Source of the DNA: Marsupella aquatica
Taxonomy: Eukaryota; Plantae; Marchantiophyta
Assembly (NCBI GenBank): GCA_973895155.1
Contig: OZ316892.1
Coordinates: forward strand, 18,714,357 to 18,778,356
DNA length: 64,000 nt
Direction of reading: 5' to 3'
Shown here: in pieces, positions 26,165-39,610 of the stretch
How the letters are laid out: every line of letters begins with the position of its first letter
Numbering within the stretch: position 1 is the first letter of the stretch
Translations under genes and position numbers: made by a program
The notes under the pieces: model-generated
Told to the model about the DNA's origin: nothing
Seen by the model: the letters and a program-made list of their open reading frames with translations, nothing else
The model's database searches: none

Positions 26165-27110
26165 GTAGCTCAATAGTACCCATACATTGCACAAAAGATG
26201 TCATTGCTAAAAAAGAAGTCGTGTTGCCAAAAATATCATTATCTGAAAGATGTTGCTATGTGAAAGATGCTGGCAAATTAAAAAAAATTCATAACACCAA
26301 AGATGTTAAAATGTGAAAGATCATGTCGTCAAGTAAAAAGACATGCGACACCAATGAATTGAAGATGTCATTATGTGAAAATGTTTGTGAAGTAAAAAGA
26401 TGTCATTAAGTAAAAAGATGTCATGACGCCAAAGATGTCGGCAAGTAGAAAGATGCATGTCGTGCCGTGCTCTAAGATGTTGTTACTTACAAAATGGTTG
26501 ATTTAAGTAAACAAACATCGTTAGTCCCTGGGCCCTCACTTCGTGTAAAATGGACCCCCCTATGATAGGGCCCTTTTCCTTTTTACCCCTTGTTATTTCT
26601 AATTTACTATTAAAAGTTCCCTTATTACCGGTAATAATTATAATTATTAGTTCAAAATTATTAAAAACTATCCTTCGAGCGTTTGTACGTCCTCCACATA
26701 TTAGTTAAGACTGAGGGCCCAGGGTCGTTAGTTAAAAATGTTGTGAATTCCCATGTGAACTAAACAATGGTGTTAGTAAACATTGTTAGGTTAAGTAAAG
26801 AAGTCATTAAGTAAATGATGTACGTTGTCAGTTTTGTAAATGGTGATGTTGTTGTGTAAACACGACGCCAACACAATATTACATATTTGTGCCAAAAAAA
26901 GATACAATATTTAGAGAACAGTGAGAAAAAATTAGTTGATAATTAAGAGAATATACATGATGAGTTCAATCCATGTGCATAAGATGTCTTTGTGTAAATT
27001 AAAGAAGTTGACATTACATGAAAGACATTGTTAAGGGAACAATGTCCATTGTTGTGCAAAGACATTGTTTACTAAAAGACATGATTACGCAAAAATGTCA
27101 TTTTATTTGT
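26165..27110 (-). mobile_element. Degenerate non-autonomous Helitron-like repeat with AAAGATGT(C/T) micro-repeats
   Basis: Start TAGCTCAATA..CCCATACATTGCACAAAAGA resembles the Helitron end at 55779. Segment 26960-27100 is homologous to 55320-55475, and 27340-27417 to 55688-55763. Confidence 0.55.
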
Positions 27111-28561
27111 CAAAGGGAAGACTTAAGAACTTTCTGAGAAGAACAATAGGGTCTTTAAAATCAAATTTTGAGACTTATAAGAACATTAGGGTACTCATAA
27201 CCAATTTTTTAGAATATTCCAAGAATATTCCAGCCTTATAGGGGTTGAAAAATGCTTTTTGTCTTACATTTTAGGGGGTCCAAGTCCTAAAAACGTCGTA
27301 GGGGATGGGGAGGCATCCATATAGTGAGAACCCCGAGACCCCAAGTTATGGGCCTAGAATCTCATTCAAATATTAGTATTGCATTGCTTTAGAATAGCAT
27401 TATGACAACCTTACCATCTGGGGGGGTCACTTCCACAGAAGCGGCACATCACGTGCGATGAAGTATAGGCCCATTTAAATGGGTGTGACGTAAGACTTCC
27501 AAAGTTTGGTGGAAGACACATAGGCATGTTTTATTGCCTGGTCGACTTTAAAGAACACATGCACAAAATATTTTCTTTAAAGTTTTTAGGGGTTTTTAAA
27601 CCACAACTGGGGGTATTTAAAGGCCCTGCCGTGCAGGTGCCCGTCCTTTCAGTTCGTCCTCTACTGCCCGGGCCCATCGTCCTCTGCTGCCCGGGCCTCT
27701 TCGTCCTTGTGCCAATGTGCCATGACACGTCGACGCTGCTGTTTGGGACGCTGCACCTTGCAGCCAGGTCCTGTCATCCCCCTGTCCTCTCAATCTCTTC
27801 GTCAGCCCACGAAGCGATTTGCAGCCAGGTCCTGTCATCCCCGTGTCCTCTCAATCTCTTCGTCAGCTCACGAAGCGATTTGACACTGATTGTGCAGGAG
27901 TTCCATCGATTTGACAAGAAATTTGACGATCTGCGTCCTGCCTGTGGTGTGTGGTCCCTCTATCCTCCCATGGCGGACGCTTCCAAGCTTTTCTCCGTAT
28001 TTCGCCTACCCGGAAGCTGTAGCAATTGATGAGATATTCAGTCTCCGATTGTGTTTTTCAATTGCTTCAAGAACATAGTTCTTGAAGACGTAGGGGATGT
28101 CACATGAAGGAATCTTGACCTCCACGCCCTCGTCAAATTCATTTCCAGAAATGACTTTTTTCTTCCTCTTTGAACTGATTTTGAACTGCACATTAAACAA
28201 AACTCTTTGTAAGATTTCACAAGGAGGATATGGAGTGCTTGGGAAAGTAATGCTCATGACAAGTAGGGAATGTACTGGATGTGCTCATAGGTAAAATAAT
28301 CACTCATTTAACTCGGGGTTTTCCCTGTGAATGTAGTAAACCATTTCCCCAATCATAAGTTGAAGTGACATCCCAAGGAAGATATGGTGACATCCCTAGG
28401 TAACCTTTTTGGTCTCAACCATTTCAACCATACTCAAGGGCTGGCCTATCTAAGTCAATACAACAACTTCAAAAATTCCACAGTTTGTTCCTGGCCGGCT
28501 GGAATGATCAAGACTGTTTAATCTGAAGCTACCTAGTGGAAGCTCTGCTCGATTCCCCTCC

Positions 28562-29181
28562 TCATTTCTTCTCTTCTTCAGGATCATATTGGTTCACCAT
28601 CCCGAAAGTTGTTTTGATCTCCGCAGGAGTCTTGCCTGTGATAATGTCAGCAGCTCTTTGACACATCAATTCTAACAAATTTTGAATATTGAGGTATCCG
28701 GCTGCCTGCAAGAAGCGAGAAGATAAGATTAGAGATCATAAAGTGATCATAGAGGAACCTCAGCAGTACCCACTAACCTGGAGGTCAAAGAAAATACTGC
28801 AACGTAATTTAGAGAGGTCACCGGCCTAGTACATCAATTAGTTCAGAATAAAAAATGAGCTTGCGTCAGTATGTAAAACTTACGTTGATGAGACCCACAA
28901 GAGTGCAGTGATCGACCTGGAGAAATTAATTCAGCATCACACTGTTTAATTTCATCCTCTGTAGGTGCTAGCTTCTCCTCGTACTCTGTTCCAACTGCCA
29001 ATGATATGCGCAATACTATTTAGTGAAACATTGGGCAAAGGAATTGTACTTTTATTTCCAGTGACCTCGACAATATCTGTCAACGTCTCTGAGTATTGCA
29101 AACGGAAATGTCCACTTCAAATATAACACCATCTGATGACTGGAGCTGCACCTTCCTGTTGACTCGCCTGTTGATTGACAT
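28562..29181 (-). pseudogene. SKP1: SKP1-like pseudogene (tandem paralog)
   Basis: RKVQLQSSDGVIFEVD, frameshift, SETLTDIVEVTG..TIPLPNVS, deletion, APTEDEIKQCDAE; exon 2 reads [38 protein letters not shown]; same intron position as copy 1. Confidence 0.88.
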
Positions 29182-30327
29182 GTTGGTTGATCTGATCGTT
29201 GCTTGATTGACTACCGGTTAGCGTTATATCGATCCTACTTACTTGAATTTCTCTTCCTCCACGCGTTTTCTTCACTTAGCCCAGAAGACCTAGCTGCCAA
29301 CGAATTTATCCTGTTGATCATCCCCATATTACAATTGTTGGCAACCAGGATGAAGCAATTTCTTAGCTATATATTTTTTAAGTTGACAGTCTCGATCAGA
29401 TATGTGCGCAGTTCTATCTTTTACATGGTAAGATAGCCGAACGAATACATGTCTTCATTTATACTGTCATAGATGTTATAAAACGAAGGTACTTGTAAAA
29501 ATGATTAAGTAAATTGCGTTTAAAACTGAGACTTGGAATGAACTCAATCGATTTGACCTGCAATTTCAACGAGCAGTTCATAATATTTGAGCTGTTTGCT
29601 ACTAATTCAAAGTCCTCTAGTTTTCTATACAAACTATTATATATATAGAGTGCCAAGTACAGATCTATACTATACTACAGGTTATCATTTGCAGCTAATT
29701 GTGCAACAAATAATTCTCTTCTATAGTGTTTACCATCAAAGTGTAGCTCTTAATTTGACAAAATCCCATTATTGATCAGAGTGCATTTCTACTTTTAGGA
29801 GGTCAAGTATAGTGGTTGCATTGAGGATTATTCTTGAAACAAGATCGGCAGACAATTCACCTATTCTTTACTTACTTTCATAATACTGGAGTTTGAATGA
29901 CCAAGTCTCATCATGCACGAAATACATCATTAAGCGGTCATGTACCGGCACTTGCAACAATATAATTAGTAAACTCTTACTTCCGAAGTTCACTACAGAT
30001 TAAAGTATTTATTTATCCATTTGGTTTGAAATGATCAATCGAATTGAAATTAAATAGAACCATTTCCATCAATGGAGTGAATTGTCCTCCATCTGCTTTA
30101 ATTAACCAAGCCCTAAGCCCTGACAAGTCCTGTGTAGACTGGAGAAATTGTGTCTCTCACTTCTTGACATGTGTCTAGATTGATGTTCTGATTCACTTCA
30201 ATTCACAGTAGAAGATCATGACGGCTTCAACTCTCGATCAATCTAAATGAAAATTTATTATGACTGCATGCCTATAAGGTAGACTGCATTCTACGCCTCG
30301 ATTCTACGTACTGATGGGGCTACAGAT

Positions 30328-33300
30328 TTATACTATTTGCCACCTCACAGGATAACCATGCCATTGTTGAATGCAAATAAACTCTCCCCTCAATTGAAGT
30401 AGTGCCTCAAATCCAAATTCTGCCTCAATTCGTGGAGAAGCTTTGTAAGTTGGAGATTCTGAACGGGCACCTACTATATTCAACCAGCTTACCTTAACTC
30501 TACCTAAGTCCTTCTGAAACTGGTGGTCGTTGGGTGTTTCTTCAAACATGTGATCTCTCAACTCTACTTCATCTAGTGCATCCTCTGGTGCACTAGCGTG
30601 AATTGCTTCAGCTTCTGTTGTAGTTTCCACCTCAGATGGAAGGATGACCTCCCTGATGACACAGAGCTTGGTCTCTTTTCCGGCCTCTTTCTGTACATCA
30701 AGGGCTGTTCTTACTCTTACGGTCATTATGTCTCCCACGTCTGGGAAAGGAGGACAATTTGCAAGATTGACTGGAAGCTCTCTAAGTAGAGTATCTCCGA
30801 TCTCCATGGCTACAATCTCTCTAGCCCCTCCATCACCAACAACGCCCCTTTGGAGTGGAAAAAACTTGTGTATAATTCTGGATAGCATTCGACAATTATT
30901 TCCAGGATATTGTAGTAACTTTGGTTCCAGAATTGTAAACAGAGAATACTCATCACGAGCCCAAGCCAAGGAATTCCCTCTTTGATCTTCTTCGTATGCC
31001 TGTTTGTACCAATCTGCCTCAAAAAATATTTCCATGCAGCCCATGAATTCATGCATGAAAATTGACCGAATGATTGCTTTCCAATTCTCTGGAAGTGTCA
31101 CGTCTGTACTCCCATCCACTAGGACCACCACGTGATCTCCTGGCCTGTAGACTTGTTTCTTCCACACAGCTGCTCGCAAAGGAGTGCAAGTATCACTCAT
31201 GTGCTCACTGCCGTCTACGAGAACTCCAGCATCTGTCCAACATTGCTTTATTGACAGAGAAGTTGAGGTCCTGAGTTTTTCTGACTTCTTCCTTGTTGAC
31301 CCGATGCCAATCCCTTTGCTGATCACCATTTGTTTGCAGGCATATGATTCCGCTGACAATATCATACCATCCCATAACTCTATAGCCAATGATTGTCTGG
31401 AAACTATTGCCACACAATGGTGGTGCCATTCAGGGCATTCAAACACTCTCTTGTCTCTTGACATGTGTTCCCTTTTATGTGCAGAAGTAACTCGCAAGGA
31501 CGCATGCACTTTGGCTACTGCCCTCTGGTGGGGGAACAGTCCATCGTCATCCTCCCAAATGTAGATACAGATTTTAGTGAAAAATCTTCTTGCAAAATGG
31601 AGGGAGTAAGTAACTTCCTGGTCTTTTTGATTGGTTCTGGTGCGTCCATAATCAGATACCATTCTCTCAAACCGGTAGCACCAATAAACATGATGAGGGC
31701 CATGTCTTTCAATCCCATCAAAGATCTCACCACTCCCTGATCCAATATCACCCATATACCACTCATTGTAAGATTGGACTATTATCATTGAAAGCGACTA
31801 AAATTTCAAGTCACATGATCGATACACAGTCACATTGTATATCCAATATCTCTTCCAAATCTTCAACTTGTAACTAGCATTTTCTTACCTGCAACGTGGT
31901 CTAGAATAGCTCCAGTTGGCCCCCAAGCTTCTTCGGACCTAACCCGCCAAGAGGCCAAAAGAGACCTGCCTTTGTTCAAGGTCTCTGTTGTCCACCCCTC
32001 GTCCCTGCTCCTGATGTAGAACAAGCGAGCAATCTCTACCAAAAGGATTCCTAGCATTCCAAGTTGAGAATCAAGTCTTATTCCCACCTCATGAAGAATG
32101 TGTGGCACACAATATATTATGAATCTGGTGAACTCCTCAGCTTTAAAATAGCCTAACCTATCGAATGGTTTTTTGGGCCACCTGCCATCAAATCCCTTTG
32201 GACGCCTGGCCGTCACTTCCTCTAAAGCATCTTCAAAAAGCTTTTGATCTGAACGGGAAATGCTACTAATTAACAGCTCACAATATTTCTTGAACAAACA
32301 CAATGCCAGGATATGCATGGTGTCATAAACCAGATCCTTCATCAAGCAAAACCCAGTAAGGTCGTGTAGCCTCCAAGCTCGGGTCATACCAGAAACCCCA
32401 AACTCCCTACTAATTGCACTCTTCTCTTGCTTGGAAGAAGCCTTGGTCCATCGTCTGGCTCCCTCTTTCACTTCCTCTATTTGTCTGGCAGGTGGTGGAT
32501 ATCTCATTTGCCGCCTGTTGTTGTCATACACTGCCCTTCCTAGGAAGGGTGCCCTAGTTGATTGGATAGTTGAACCTCCTTCTACGGGCGATTTGTATTT
32601 AATCCATCTACTACTCATCTTACAATTTCTACAAGCAGAATGACCAGTAGTATTCCAACCCCCGAATTTACACTGGGCAGGATGATCCCCTGTGAAAATT
32701 GTTAGGTTTGCTCTAAGCACAAATCTCTGATCAAATAGAACATGAGTTTCATCTATTAATTCCACAGCATAGTTGTAATCAACCTCAATTCCGTCCACAA
32801 GCAACTCTTCCAATTCTCTTATGAATGGTTCTAAGAAAGCATCCAAGCAATTTAGTGCCTTCTTTTGAGCATTGTCATCTTCGATCGGTGGAATGAAGAG
32901 CACAGGGATGGGAGGTATTCTCGATGATGACCCAGAGTTTAGCACTTGAACTTCCACAGTCCATGTGCTTTTATGGGTAGTTGTGGTGGACTGAAATCCA
33001 TCCCAATGTGCCATAAGGCCAATGTTTTGTGGGTCACCCTGATCAATGACAAAGTACTAATCACATATCAGTACACATTTTGGACCTAGGTTGCTAAATC
33101 AAATTAAAAGTTCTTGATAGTAAGTAAGTTCACCTTAGCAAAAGCTGGAGTGGACGTCACTCTACCTCCACAATCCCTGCATTGGAAGTCGTATTGCTGG
33201 CTCGTTTCATCCCAATTGCCCTTGTTCAATAACTCTGGACATTTTTGGGGAAGAGTTGCATAGCATGCATAACATTTTCTGCACAACACTGGGACCTCAA

Positions 33301-34414
33301 ATTCATTGCTTAAGTCCCAAAAGTAAGAGAGCTCAGCGGCTCTGTTGCCATCCCACCATTCTTTGTAAACAGGTCTCGGAGCTGAATCCTTTCTGAACCA
33401 TTTATCTTTATCCCTCCACATTGCCTGGAATTCATGACAAATTGACCGACTACTACATAGCTTCCTCAATACAGGTCCAATCGGGAAATATTCAAACACA
33501 ATCATGTCCTTCCAAACCTTGCCGCAACCTACTTGTGGACAAATTTCTGAACATTGGGCACAATCCCTAGCCAACAACCACTTTCTTCTGGGATCTTCAA
33601 GTCGGTTTGAACATTGGCACTTGACTCCAGTTGAAACATTATAGTCGTCTTGATCAGAGGGCCCTAACAGCTGCGAAACATGCCATTTCTTTTTACATCC
33701 TATACACATTCTCCAGCGCTGAGTCATTGGCATCCCATATGCTTCGAATGTGCTACACAAGCCCTTGAAAGATGACAGTGAAGCAGATCCATGCCGCCCT
33801 CCATCCCAGGACACCCCAGCATGTTTGAGGAGTTCTCCCAATTCTTGGGCACCAAAGTCATTCGATGTGGTCTGCTTCCCAGTTGCTCCAGATTTCTGAT
33901 TTGTCCCGTGGAGCATTTTCAAAATGTTGTCTTGCAATTTCTGAGGCATCTTTGCCTCATCTAGCATAGACTGTAGTTTCCATGTCTCCCGATAAATTGC
34001 CTCGTCTAGACCCAGCCTTGATTGAGGCAATATGTGGATCCCGTATTGCATCCTGGGAGGTATACCGTTTGCATCAACATCCATATACTCTGGATGGCCA
34101 TTAATTGCAGTCGATTCCTCACAACTATAGCCTCCCGTTAGAGCCCTGTACAGCGGAGTTTTTTGCCTAAGCCTCCATTGCTGTTGTCGCGACAATTGAA
34201 CACCTGGGAAGTATGTGTTCGCACCATCGCTTGTTTGACAACCTCCGCCATTGAATTGACCACGCTCCACAATAAGCTTAGCTGCACATACCTTGCCTTC
34301 AGCGTCCAGTGCTGAATGCCTTTTCAGTGTTTTTGGACTCACCATATCAAACCCTCGCACAAATCGCGAGCATTTGTACTTGCAGGTACATTTTACTTTC
34401 CCTTGAACAGGCAT
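30328..34414 (-). CDS. EnSpm/CACTA-like (Transposase_21/TnpD-type) transposase, 3 exons, ~1279 aa, C-terminal BAH-like domain
   Basis: Exons 34414-33134, 33038-31889 and 31736-30328 splice in frame. Motifs HWDGFQ..STW, FLEPFIRELEEL, GDHPA...GHSACRNC, YDTMH, FKAEEF, GP...WCYRFER; VYRPGDHVVV...IRSIF...FFEADWY is BAH-like. Confidence 0.88.
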
Positions 34415-35439
34415 CGTGGTCGGTGTGAGCTATGAGGCACCAGTTCATTCCTCGACCCTAGCCCTCGTCGTGGTGTGAGCTATGGAGGCACTCGTTCATT
34501 CCTCAACCCTATATACCACAGAGTACACAGACTTCAAATGACTAACATAAATGAGCGCCTAACGAGCTCCATCCAAGATCCAAGATGTCCTCAGAAGCAG
34601 CCTCCTCAGGTGTACATGCCTATATATCTGTCCGAACATTTGGCCAGCGGGCCTACTATTTGACAAAAGTAGCTAGTGGCCTATTATTTCCACTGGCCAA
34701 CTAGTTGACAAAACTAGCTAGTCGCCTATTATTTCCACCAGCTGTAGTTATTGAAACTTCACACCTTGCGTGATTTAGCTTATGAGCCATCACTTGCGCA
34801 TGCGGAATTTCTTTGGTGTCTAGCCTTTCTAGAATATATCTTAATCTTTGACTCAATAATTGAAATGGGTGAAGATGTTTTACCTTAAGGACCAAGTTAA
34901 TATCAAATTTTTGTGTTTACAAACCAATTCTAGATGGATGAAACGAGCAAGTTCTGAAGTATCTTATTTATTGCCACTTTTCGGAAACTGTAATCTACTG
35001 ATGAATTTATTCAGTACATGGTGGAAATTCATATCATATGATCAATGATTATGAGTGACTCTGCATATCACTAGCGCACTATGTTTAAGTAGGAAAAGTA
35101 ATATATCTAGACGGGACATTCCATGACTGTAGCGCACTCTATTTTCTCCTGTTTTAGGAGGTAGCTGCATATCGTGCGGAATGAATGGCACGTTACATTG
35201 ATGGCAAATTCGGGAGGGATGATACTCTTCTTGGTAGCCGGGCTAGCATATTCTTTGGGCCAGCCAATGTGGTAACCAACCGGAGTGGTTCTGTAGGGTA
35301 CGATGCTAGTTTAATGTGCCTAAGTAAATTAATCTTTTGCATTTTATAGAATACATGCAATGTCTCCCAAGCATCCTACATAGGCTTCAAAATTTGAAGC
35401 CTAAGTGGATTGAAAGCTCTATGACTCAGGCCTACCCTA

Positions 35440-36940
35440 GAATATCTCAAAATATCCTACTACAACAGTTTAGAGCAGTTTAGGGTACCCAAAACATCAT
35501 AGAGTACCCTAGAGTTTTCTAGACTACCACAAGATACCCAGAAAATATAAAAGTACCCCAATATTACTTAAGACCATAGTAGGGTGCCCACATTATTTTA
35601 AAGTACCCCAGAGTCCCCAACACTAAGTACCCATAGTAGGGTACCCCAAATGCCTAAGAGTACCCTAGAATACCCCAAAACAGTTCAGAGGAGGATTGGG
35701 TACCCCAAACATTTAAAGTACCCCACAGTTTTCTAGAGTACTACAAGATACACAAAAAATGTAAGACTACCCTAGGATACCCCAAAACAGTTCATAGGAG
35801 ATTTGGGTACCCAAAACATCTTAGAGTACCCCAGAGTTTTCTAGAGTACCACAAGATACCCAAAAGTATTAGAGTACCCCGTGACATTATTTTGGGCTAT
35901 ACTAGGGTGCCCCCATTATCTTAAAGTACCCCAGAGTCCCCAAAGTCCCCAACACTACCACAGGGTACCCGAAATGCCTAGAGTACCCTAGCATACCCAA
36001 AGATAGGATAGTTCAGAGGAGATTTGGGTACCCAAAACATTTTAGAGTACCCCAGAGTTTTCTAGAGTACCACAAGATACCCAAAAGTATTAGAGTACCC
36101 CGTGACATTATTTCGGGCTATACTTGGGTGCCCCCATTATCTTAAAGTACCCCAGAGTCCCAAAGTCCCCAACACTACCACAGGGTACCCGAAATGCCTA
36201 GAGTACCCTAGAATACCCAAAGATAGTTCAGAGGAGATTTGGGTACCCAAAACATCTTAGAGTACCCCAGAGTTCTCTAGACTACCATTACCCAACATAT
36301 GTTATTTAGAGTACCCCGTGACATTACTTTAGACTAGAGGAGGGTGCCCCCATTATCTTAAAGTACCCCAGAGTCCTGAAAACAAGTACACTACCATAGG
36401 GTACCCCAAATGGCTTAGAGTACTCTAGAATACCCCCAAAATAGTTCAGAGGAGGTTTGGGTACCCAAATCATCTTAGAGTACCCAGAGTTCTCTAGACT
36501 ACAACAATATATCCAACATATGTTATTTAGGGTACCCCCTAATATTACTTTAGACTATAGGAGGGTGCCCGGATTATGTTAAAGTACCCCAGAGTCCCCA
36601 ACACTACCACAGGGTACTCTAAAATAATGCCTTAGAGTACCCCTAGATTATGTACCCCAAAATAGTTCAGAGGAGGTTTGGGTACGCAAAACATCTCAGA
36701 GCACCCCAGAGTTATGTAGACTACCACAAGATATGCAACATATATTAGGAGTACCCCTTGACATTACTTTAGACTATTTATATACAGTAGGGTGCCCCAA
36801 GGGGTGCTGCCATTTTCTTAAAGTACCCCAGAGTCCTCAGCACTAAGACAGGGTACCCGAAATGCCTTAGAGTACCCTACAATACCCCAAAACAGTTTAG
36901 AGGAGTTTTGGGTACCCAAAACATGTTAGAGTACACCAGA
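35440..36940. repeat. GTAC/GGGTACCC-rich tandem satellite, ~220-bp unit, ~7 copies
   Basis: Marker AGTTCAGAGGAG.TTTGGGTACCCAAAACAT recurs at about 35682, 35790, 36010, 36225, 36443, 36663 and 36894; internal subrepeats AGAGTACCCC. Confidence 0.92.
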
Positions 36941-36949
36941 GATTAATTT

Positions 36950-38050
36950 GCCAAAGTCACCTTGTGGTTGTGTGAGGAGTGGCCGGGGGCTCATTAGCAG
37001 GTTTTTTGGCCCACACATTTCCAGGTAGCCATGGTTTGTCTATATGATGTCATTCAAAACGACCCTCTTTGTTGGCCTACTTTGCATGCACGCTGAACCC
37101 AGGACACTAATCAAAATTAATTATTAAAAGTTGCATTGTAGTTGGGTGAGGGATGGGGCCGGGTGGGGGTTCACCTCAAGATGATATCAACTCCTGTATA
37201 CCCGTCTAGTTTGATTAAATATATGGAGCTATACATACAAAAGAAACTTTGACCTTAGCTAGTTTTGTGGCCCACTTATTTCGAGATAGTCAGAGTTTAT
37301 GTATGATGTGTTTGACATTGACCACCCATTGGATTTGCGTACTTAGCATGCATCCTGTAATTAATCAGTCAAAGTCATGTTAAGGTTGTGTAAGGTTGGG
37401 ATATAGCTCAAAATTGTATCAAATCGTGTACACTAAGGTCCAGTTCGATTATTAGATGTATGTAAGTAGCCAGACACACAAAAGACTAGCCAGGACAATA
37501 TATTAGCTAGTTTTAGTTTGTGGCCTGCCTATTTCTAGACAATCATGGTTTATCTAGGATGTTATTTAGAACCAACCACTCCATTTACCTTCTTGGCATG
37601 CACCCTGAAATTAATTAGTCAAAGTCAAGCTGTAGCTGTCTAAAGTGTGGGGGTTAAACTATTTTCTTAGTCATCAATCCTTTAAACTAAGGTCTACATT
37701 GCTTAAAGGCATGTAGCTTGATATACCTAAGACTTGGACATTGTATTGATTAGCTAATTTCTTGGCCCACATATTTTTGGATAGTCGTGGTTTCTCTAAA
37801 TATGATATCGTTTATAAGCAACAACTCTACTTGCCTACGTACTTGACATGCACCCATAATTAAATTAAGCAAGAAACTCATTATTCAAAGTCAAGTCGTA
37901 CTTGTGTAAGGGATCATGGGGGTTCAACTCAAAATTGTGTCAAATCCTTCCAGTCACCAGGTCCAGTTTCATTACATATAATTATATATCATGTAGTAAG
38001 ACATACAAGAGAGTTGGACATTAGCTAGTGTTGTGGGGCACATATTTCTT
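36950..38050. repeat. Old diverged tandem repeat (~210-260 bp, 4-5 copies)
   Basis: Recurring CAAAGTCA..., TTAGC...TGGCCCAC.TATTT and GCATGCAC blocks. Confidence 0.6.
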
Positions 38051-39164
38051 GTCATGTATACGTTTAGACAGGGTTAGTACAAGAAGGTTTAAGTTTCACA
38101 CAGGGTTCCAGCACTAAACATATCCTGAAAATACTTTCTCATATTAATTTCCAAAGGTTAGGTTGTTCCACCTCTAACTAGATAGAATACTAACATTGTA
38201 ATATATATATATATAAAATTTCGCAGGACCTGGTTAGGGACCTGGTCTCACCTTCCCCCATCGACCTAAAGCCTACCAGGACTAATGTGTTGAGCTAGAT
38301 ACCCCATCAATTGATATCTGTGTTCAGATATTTACAGCAATTGCCACAAATGCAGGAAGAGAAAGCCAGGCATCCAGTTTAGTAACAAAAGAGGGCGATA
38401 GGCTAGTACTGCTGGTATTTCTCAGACAGTTAGTTTGTTTTTTAAGGAGGCGCTCTTGATATGATGATGATAATCGTGCGCTTCTTTTTGTCTATTCTAG
38501 TAAATAGATTGAAGTTGAAACTGTACATGAATACAAAACTGTTTTGGCCATCAGAAACAGTCCACTATCAACACTTAGTCAAATAAAGAACTTTTATAAT
38601 CCCTCTATGGCTGCCTGCCCACAAATACTGCATCCTTCCCTAGCTAGATTAAATTTCGAGCTGTGCACTCTATATGTAGGTGCTGAAAGCCCGGCTGAAG
38701 GTAGGACCCCCTTGAATTGAATTGCTCATCGTAAGCCATACATAAGCAAGCTAAGTACGTACAGCCATATGCAAGCTGTACGTAGCTTGCTTATGTATGG
38801 GGATTCCCTAGACTAGACAAAACAATGTACACTCGGTAGATCTTTGGGCCTGGAGGGAGCCAAATGAAAGGAGAGGGGCTCGATCTAGGGAGTTCCTACA
38901 GTTCTTCTGATCAAATCAGATTTGGATCCATGGTATGTTCAGGGTGTGGTATACACAATAGGATTTGATTTGATTGGATTGGAATTTGTTTTACCTATGT
39001 AAAATCAGAGCACCTTAATAGTTTTAGATCTGATTATCTTTAAACATGGCAGCAATTGCACATGCAGAAATGTGATTGCTGTGAGTGGGGTGCGTGTGCA
39101 TTATTTTCTACTCACCTGCCTCCAAATTATTGTTCATACAGGACCTAATAGTTTGGCTTGTCTG

Positions 39165-39610
39165 AATTGGTCATTAATATATAGTGCGCGCGCATGATTT
39201 GGGTTCAAATTCTTTTACATACATGGGATTGCATTATTGGTTAAATATTGGTGTACCGAATGTCTGAATGGTTATTAATAGTGTGGTTTGGGTTCACTAT
39301 TGGTTCAACGTTGGATGTGGGTCTGGTCATTAATATATAGTGACTGTGCATGATCTGGGTTAGAATTCTTTCAGATACAGCGCGCGGGTAGTGTTTAGAT
39401 TTAATTAATGGTCGTGAAGAGTGTGGTTTGGATGTGGTTCTGTATTCGATGTGGTCATTAAGAGTGTGGTTTGGGTTCACTATTGGTTCAGCATTGGATG
39501 TGGTTCTGTATTGGATCGATGTGGTTCCGTATTAGATGTGGTCATTAAGAGTGTGGTTTGGGTTCACTATTAGTTCAGCATTGGATGTGGTTCAGTATTG
39601 GATGTGCGCA
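39165..39610. repeat. Short degenerate tandem repeats
   Basis: GTGTGGTTTGGGTTCACTATT.GTTCA...TTGGATGTGG x3 and GGTCATTAA blocks. Confidence 0.75.
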
